Assembly: GCA_026399375.1 (NCBI GenBank)
Contig: JAPLRD010000317.1
Coordinates: forward strand, 1-31,992
DNA: 31,992 bases
Direction of reading: 5' to 3'
Origin: Pseudomonadota bacterium
GTDB taxonomy: Bacteria > Pseudomonadota > Gammaproteobacteria > Burkholderiales > SG8-39
Position numbers and translations under genes: made by a program. Shown piece by piece: positions 28,161-31,992 of this stretch (positions are counted from its first letter, which is position 1; the number at the start of each line of letters is the position of its first letter). The notes beneath the pieces are model-generated. The model was not told the origin of the DNA. It saw only the letters and a program-made list of their open reading frames with translations, and did not search any database.

Positions 28161-29249
28161 ATGAAGAAGAATGCACTCTCGCTACTATTTATTTCAGTTG
28201 CACTCTCGGGATGTGGCGCGAATATTCCGAGTTGTGGCGATCCCGAGGCGAAAGGAATGGTCCAAGGTCTGGTTTCCGATTCAATACTGCGAGAAATCGC
28301 GGATCCAGAAAAAAGTCTCATAAAGCAGCAAATGCGTTTAGACGTTCTTGAACCCACCGTGGTTGCGAAAGACGAAAAACTTCCGAGTTTTAGTTGCGAA
28401 GCTAAGGTCAAGTACGACTATGGCAAGTCAAAGATGGACAACCTCAAACAGATATTTAAAGATGAGAAATCTCTCCCAGGGGTTTTCTTACAGTGGAGAT
28501 TGCTGATTGGGCAAGCAACAAGTGGGGACAAAATGGGATTGCTCATGCGTTTGCAGGCGGAGAAGCAATCCAAGAACGTTGCTGAAGTTAAAGAGATGGT
28601 GAATCTAGTTAATAGGGCATTCAACAGATCATATAAGAGTGCAGATGAAGTTTTCGCCGATCCAAAATTGGTTGGGGAAATGATGGTGCTCCAACAGCAG
28701 GTGATGCAGGCGTTGAATCGTGGCGATAAAGAAGCAAATGAAAATATGCAAATAATTAGGGAAATGATGGACCTCGCACTCCCAGATGGTGATGATACGA
28801 CGATCCAAATTCCAATTAAATATACGATACGTAAGATCGATGGTGACGGCGCCAAGTTTAAGATTGAGTTGGTTGCGAATCCGAAGCAAATAAATGCGAT
28901 TCAGAATGCTGAGATGATTCCATTTGCCGCTAAGGAAAACGCAAGAATGGAGGCAGCAATTAATGCAGGAAATACTGTACCTGCACAACCAGCACCGGAA
29001 GCAGCACCCCAAGTAGCACCCCAAGTAGCACCGCAAGTAGCACCGCAAGTGGCACCGCAAGCAGCACCGCAAGCAGCACCACAAGCAGCACCGAAGGCAG
29101 CACCGTCGGCACCGGCACCGGATGCTACTAAGGGGCAACCTGCAGCAACAGGGTCTCAATCATCGCCGAAGAAAAGCACGTCAGGGGAATCGAATCCACA
29201 AGATGTGATGAAGGCGTTTGGAGATCTTGTGAAGGGTATGCCTAAATAG
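28161..29249 (+). CDS. lipoprotein of unknown function with a C-terminal Ala-Pro-Gln repeat tail
   Basis: Signal peptide with the LSGC lipobox. 362 aa. The tail is ten tandem four-residue repeats, mostly APQV or APQA. Confidence 0.8.
   Translation: MKKNALSLLFISVALSGCGANIPSCGDPEAKGMVQGLVSDSILREIADPEKSLIKQQMRLDVLEPTVVAKDEKLPSFSCEAKVKYDYGKSKMDNLKQIFKDEKSLPGVFLQWRLLIGQATSGDKMGLLMRLQAEKQSKNVAEVKEMVNLVNRAFNRSYKSADEVFADPKLVGEMMVLQQQVMQALNRGDKEANENMQIIREMMDLALPDGDDTTIQIPIKYTIRKIDGDGAKFKIELVANPKQINAIQNAEMIPFAAKENARMEAAINAGNTVPAQPAPEAAPQVAPQVAPQVAPQVAPQAAPQAAPQAAPKAAPSAPAPDATKGQPAATGSQSSPKKSTSGESNPQDVMKAFGDLVKGMPK
28992..29111 (+). repeat. 10 x 12-bp in-frame tandem repeat (GCACCNCAAGNA)
   Basis: Read directly from the sequence: GCACCGGAAGCA, GCACCCCAAGTA x2, GCACCGCAAGTA, GCACCGCAAGTG, GCACCGCAAGCA x2, GCACCACAAGCA, GCACCGAAGGCA, GCACCGTCGGCA. 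Confidence 0.9.
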
Positions 29250-29261
29250 AGTTCAGTAGAT

Positions 29262-29516
29262 ATGAAGTTGCGGATCGCTATTGTCGTATGTCTTAGCACA
29301 AGTATGCTGACGTGTTTTGCGGCGGACAAACCACAAGTGCGAAAGTATTACGACAAGCAGGGGCATTACACGGGCAAGTCGATAAAGCAAGGAAAGGAAA
29401 TCAAGCATTACGACAAGCAAGGACACTATGAAGGTAAGACGGTAGTGGAAAAGAAAGAGGCAAAGCGGTACGACGAGACAGGGAAATACAAAGGGAAGTC
29501 CGTTACGGGGCGATGA
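29262..29516 (+). CDS. small secreted protein with three 20-aa YDxxGxYxGK repeats
   Basis: 84 aa. Signal peptide MKLRIAIVVCLSTSMLTCFA. The repeats are KYYDKQGHYTGKS, KHYDKQGHYEGKT and KRYDETGKYKGKS, at 60-nt periodicity. Confidence 0.65.
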   Translation: MKLRIAIVVCLSTSMLTCFAADKPQVRKYYDKQGHYTGKSIKQGKEIKHYDKQGHYEGKTVVEKKEAKRYDETGKYKGKSVTGR

Positions 29517-29642
29517 AATTGAATCATTGCGAAAATGTTAGATTCACAAAAAATGCATAATCGGAATTGGACATGTTCGCTATGCCGTTCACGAAGAACG
29601 GTGTTCAACGTTGAATTAAATTAATATTTGTAGGGGGAAGTC

Positions 29643-30023
29643 GTGGGAAATTATGTACAAAGTAATCTGATTAAGGACGAGCAGGTGGTGTATGAAGCAA
29701 GACTTCATTGGATTGTATTTGTTTCACTTCGAGCATTACTGACGTTATTTATTGCACCACTTATTGATTATTTTACAAGTGAGTTCGCTATTACGAATAA
29801 ACGCATCATCATTAAAGTTGGATTTATTTCCCGGAAGACAGTCGAATTGAATCTGAGTAAATTGGAATCGGTGAATGTTGAGCAAAGCATACTAGGGCGT
29901 ATTTTAGATTATGGAACAATTACAGTAATTGGAACTGGTGGAACAAAGGAACCGTTTAGCAATATCATTTCTCCATTAGAGTTTCGAAAGCAATTTCAGC
30001 AGGTAATAGCGACCGGAACTTAG
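29643..30023 (+). CDS. bacterial PH-domain (bPH_2/YdbS-like) membrane protein
   Basis: 126 aa, GTG start after GGGGGAAG. A two-TM hairpin is followed by FAITNKRIIIKVGFISRKTVELNLSKLESVNVEQSILGRILDYGTI, as in PF03703-type proteins. Confidence 0.7.
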   Translation: MGNYVQSNLIKDEQVVYEARLHWIVFVSLRALLTLFIAPLIDYFTSEFAITNKRIIIKVGFISRKTVELNLSKLESVNVEQSILGRILDYGTITVIGTGGTKEPFSNIISPLEFRKQFQQVIATGT

Positions 30024-30124
30024 CGAGCAACGTGATCTGCATTGACTATTGTCCATAAGGAATTAGAACTTCGCAAAAAAGTACGCATCACGCAATATGA
30101 CCATTCAATCATTCAGGAGGTCAT

Positions 30125-30583
30125 ATGAGCATATTGCAATCATTGAAGGTCATCACCGCCAAACGTCCGAATCACGCATCACCAATCACGCAACGTCGCA
30201 ATGTCCTGCTCAAGAAGATTCATGAGCAAATTGAGGCAGCAAAGGCACGGGCAGAAGGCAAGCAATACTCAGTCAAGGACACCCGACGCATTAGCAACCG
30301 TCAAACGGGTGAACAAACAGAGATAATTAAAGACCGTTACATCCGAGAAGGATGGTGGATCGGTGATGAAGGTCGGTTGCTGCTGGAACTTCGATACGGC
30401 ATGAAACCGTTGGAATTTGGCAAGGGCAAATCGACTATCGACATCGGCGATTGGGAAAACCTGATCCCGACATTGGAGAAGTTGCAACAGGCAGTTCAGT
30501 TGGGTGAATTCGACGATCAGTTGAATGTCACAGCAACCATGCTGGGACAACAGTTAGCAAAGAAGAAGAAGACCAGCAAGTAA
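30125..30583 (+). CDS. hypothetical island protein (DUF6641-like by recollection)
   Basis: 152 aa with AGGAGG 5 nt upstream. The N-terminus MSILQSLKVITAKRP...RRN resembles a family I recall from genomic islands, but this is unverified. Confidence 0.55.
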   Translation: MSILQSLKVITAKRPNHASPITQRRNVLLKKIHEQIEAAKARAEGKQYSVKDTRRISNRQTGEQTEIIKDRYIREGWWIGDEGRLLLELRYGMKPLEFGKGKSTIDIGDWENLIPTLEKLQQAVQLGEFDDQLNVTATMLGQQLAKKKKTSK

Positions 30584-30681
30584 CTGATTTTTTGAATTAA
30601 TCCCTTGACACACTGGGATGCACACTTGAGGTGGCGGTGTGTAACTACATGATTATGAACTGCAATTGTACTGCTGCAACC

Positions 30682-30726
30682 ATCATAATCCGCAGGTCCC
30701 GTGTTCGAATCACGGATTCGCCACCA
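30682..30726 (+). repeat. direct copy of the tRNA 3-prime part (attR of island 1 and attL of island 2)
   Basis: ATCATAATCCGCAGGTCCC (19 nt) and ATTCGCCACCA are identical to the tRNA. The T stem is replaced by the compensated pair CCGTG/CACGG. Confidence 0.9.
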
Positions 30727-30731
30727 ATATC

Positions 30732-30766
30732 AAGGGGTTACGTTCGCGTAACCCCTTTTCTTTTGC
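30732..30766 (+). terminator. rho-independent terminator after the tRNA fragment
   Basis: AAGGGGTTACG-TTCG-CGTAACCCCTT followed by TTCTTTTGC. Confidence 0.75.
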
Positions 30767-30825
30767 TTACACACCGCTTACACACTTTCCTCTCTCCTCT
30801 CACGCTTTTTCTGCGCTTGCACACT
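30765..30825 (+). repeat. three GCTT(A/G)CACAC repeats, the first two phased by 11 bp
   Basis: GCTTACACAC at 30765 and 30776, and GCTTGCACAC at 30816. An inverted TTACACACC lies at 30636-30644, on the other side of the att copy. Confidence 0.55.
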
Positions 30826-30861
30826 TACTTCGTTGCTCTCTTGCGACGATGATATTACAGT

Positions 30862-31872
30862 GTGGCTATGCCTGACAAAATTGCATCAACACACATACTG
30901 CTCGAGAGATCGCTTGTCGTTTATCAGCGTGAGCGCAGCGACGTTTGGCAATGTCGCTACAAAGTTGATGGCGTATGGCAACGTGCATCGACGAAAGAGC
31001 GTGACCTGAAGAAGGCCAAGGAACAAGCAAAGAGGCTGATGATCGAAGCCGAGTTTCGCAAGCGTCAAAATCTGCCTGTCATCACACGCAAGTTTAGGGA
31101 TGTAGCGAAACTTGCGAAGGCGCGAATGGAAGACGAGTTGAAGAATGGCGTTGGCAAGGTCAGTTACAACGACTACATCCACGTTATCGACGATTATCTT
31201 ATTCCGTGTTTAGGCAAGCGCAACATCACAGGCATTGACTACAGCGCATTGAATGAGTTTGACGCATGGCGAATTGCGAAGATGGAAAAAGTGCCAAGCC
31301 ACAGCACGATACTAACGCACAACTCTGCATTAAATCGCGTGTTTGACGAAGCAGTGATACGCAATTTTTTGACTGAAGCAAACAAGCCGAAGCTTGAAGC
31401 AAAAGGAAGGGAGAGCGAACGACGCCCTGCGTTTGAAGTTGAAGAGATTCGCGCAATGCTTGCAGGCTTTGATGGTTGGATTGAGCGCGGCCAAAGCGAT
31501 GACAGCAAGGAGCGACGCTTGCTGATGCGCGATTATGTGATGGCGCTGCTAGACACTGGGGCGAGGCCTGGTAAAGAACTACTTCAACTTAAATGGAAGC
31601 AGATCAAGGAGGCGATAAAACCTGTCGTAAAGGTGACAGCGGAGATTGACGCAGATGGCGATCCGATTTTCCATCCCAATCTCAATCGCTCTGTGGAACT
31701 CGTGGTTAGTGGAAAAACAGGCACACGCACAATCGTCGGCATGCAACGCACAGTGAATGCTTTGAGGGAAATTGCGAAGCGTAACTACGACGTGGAAATG
31801 CCTGTGTTAAGTCCGCTCGAAAACGTTATTAAAGCTACAAATAATGACTACGTGTGTTGGCGCGCGACGTAA
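30862..31872 (+). pseudogene. int: tyrosine integrase paralogous to the island 1 integrase, truncated before the HxxR and Tyr motifs
   Basis: It aligns by eye with the island 1 integrase: YQRERSDVWQCRYK vs YQRPGSNRWQARYK, EFDAWRI in both, HNSALNRVFDEA vs HNSALQRVFDTA, and TGARPGKE vs TGIRPGKE. It stops at ...NNDYVCWRAT*, where the paralog continues for about 80 more residues. No other frame continues. Confidence 0.7.
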
Positions 31873-31969
31873 ATTGACCATTTGAACGAGGTACTGCGCG
31901 TTCAAAATTGACCAGGGTGTTCAGCCTATCCTGCCTAATTTATAGGCAGGAACAAAGGGGATGATCACC

Positions 31970-31992
31970 ATGGAGAAATTGGGAAGATTGAG
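31970..31992 (+). CDS. 5-prime end of an unidentified gene (partial)
   Basis: ATG GAG AAA TTG GGA AGA TTG..., 9 nt after AAAGGGG. Only 7 codons are visible. Confidence 0.25.

Larger units (their letters stand above)
23789..30726 (+). mobile_element. integrase-led genomic island 1 (about 6.9 kb) inserted in the tRNA 3-prime part
   Basis: It is bounded by the intact tRNA and a 45-nt direct copy of the tRNA 3-prime part. GC drops abruptly. An integrase gene lies next to the tRNA. Confidence 0.85.
30727..31992 (+). mobile_element. genomic island 2 (left part only; continues past the window)
   Basis: The layout matches island 1: tRNA fragment, hairpin terminator, 11-bp phased repeats and a paralogous integrase. 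GC is lower than in the core. Confidence 0.7.

Noticed and set aside
28992-29111. The regularly spaced short repeats as a possible CRISPR array.
   Set aside because: The units are contiguous 12-mers without spacers. They lie in frame inside a coding sequence and encode an Ala-Pro-Gln repeat.
28022-29159. Minus-strand ORFs 28022-28411, 28418-28855 and 28629-29159, and the plus-strand ORFs 25148-25357 and 26706-26894.
   Set aside because: They are antisense to, or out of frame with, better-supported genes (the lipoprotein with its signal peptide and lipobox, and the RHH-like gene). They have Cys/Leu/Arg-rich or low-complexity translations and lack an SD.

Overview
The window has two parts. Positions 1 to about 23.7 kb are high-GC core chromosome; spot counts of single 60-nt lines give about 65-73% GC. 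The gene order looks beta/gamma-proteobacterial. It starts with an rRNA-operon promoter and boxA leader pointing off the left edge. Then come tyrS, an M23 peptidase, erpA, a bactofilin, a DUF6776-like membrane protein, argC, rpsI-rplM, an OsmC-family gene, coq7 and a porin. These are followed by trpC-trpD-trpG, a 4-gene plus-strand insert, and trpE-gph-rpe. The insert encodes SxtJ-like, DUF5989/SxtK-like, NodU/CmcH carbamoyltransferase and membrane SGNH hydrolase proteins. The core ends with apaG, mltA, dsbC, a UbiH-family hydroxylase and a tRNA with anticodon CAT. An 80-107 bp nested-palindrome repeat (TGTCATTCCGAG...CTCGGAATGACA) occurs three times in the core. From 23.7 kb to the right edge the DNA is clearly AT-richer (spot counts 33-38% GC). 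It is organised as two integrase-led islands stacked in tandem in the tRNA gene. A 45-nt direct copy of the tRNA 3-prime part at 30682-30726 separates them. Island 1 (about 6.9 kb) carries an integrase that is frameshifted just before its catalytic Tyr. It also has a 197-bp MITE-like insertion (19-bp perfect terminal inverted repeats, 9-bp target duplication) between a near-consensus promoter and a small HUH-motif Rep-like gene. Further along are three small genes (one RHH-like), a 189-aa catalytic-domain-only tyrosine recombinase of FimB/FimE-like size, and an uncharacterised envelope cassette (repeat-bearing lipoprotein, small secreted repeat protein, bPH membrane protein). Island 2 begins with a paralogous integrase that is truncated before its catalytic C-terminus, followed by structured repeats at the window edge. 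No CRISPR array and no rRNA gene body lie in the window. All protein family calls rest on motif recognition by eye and were not checked by any search.
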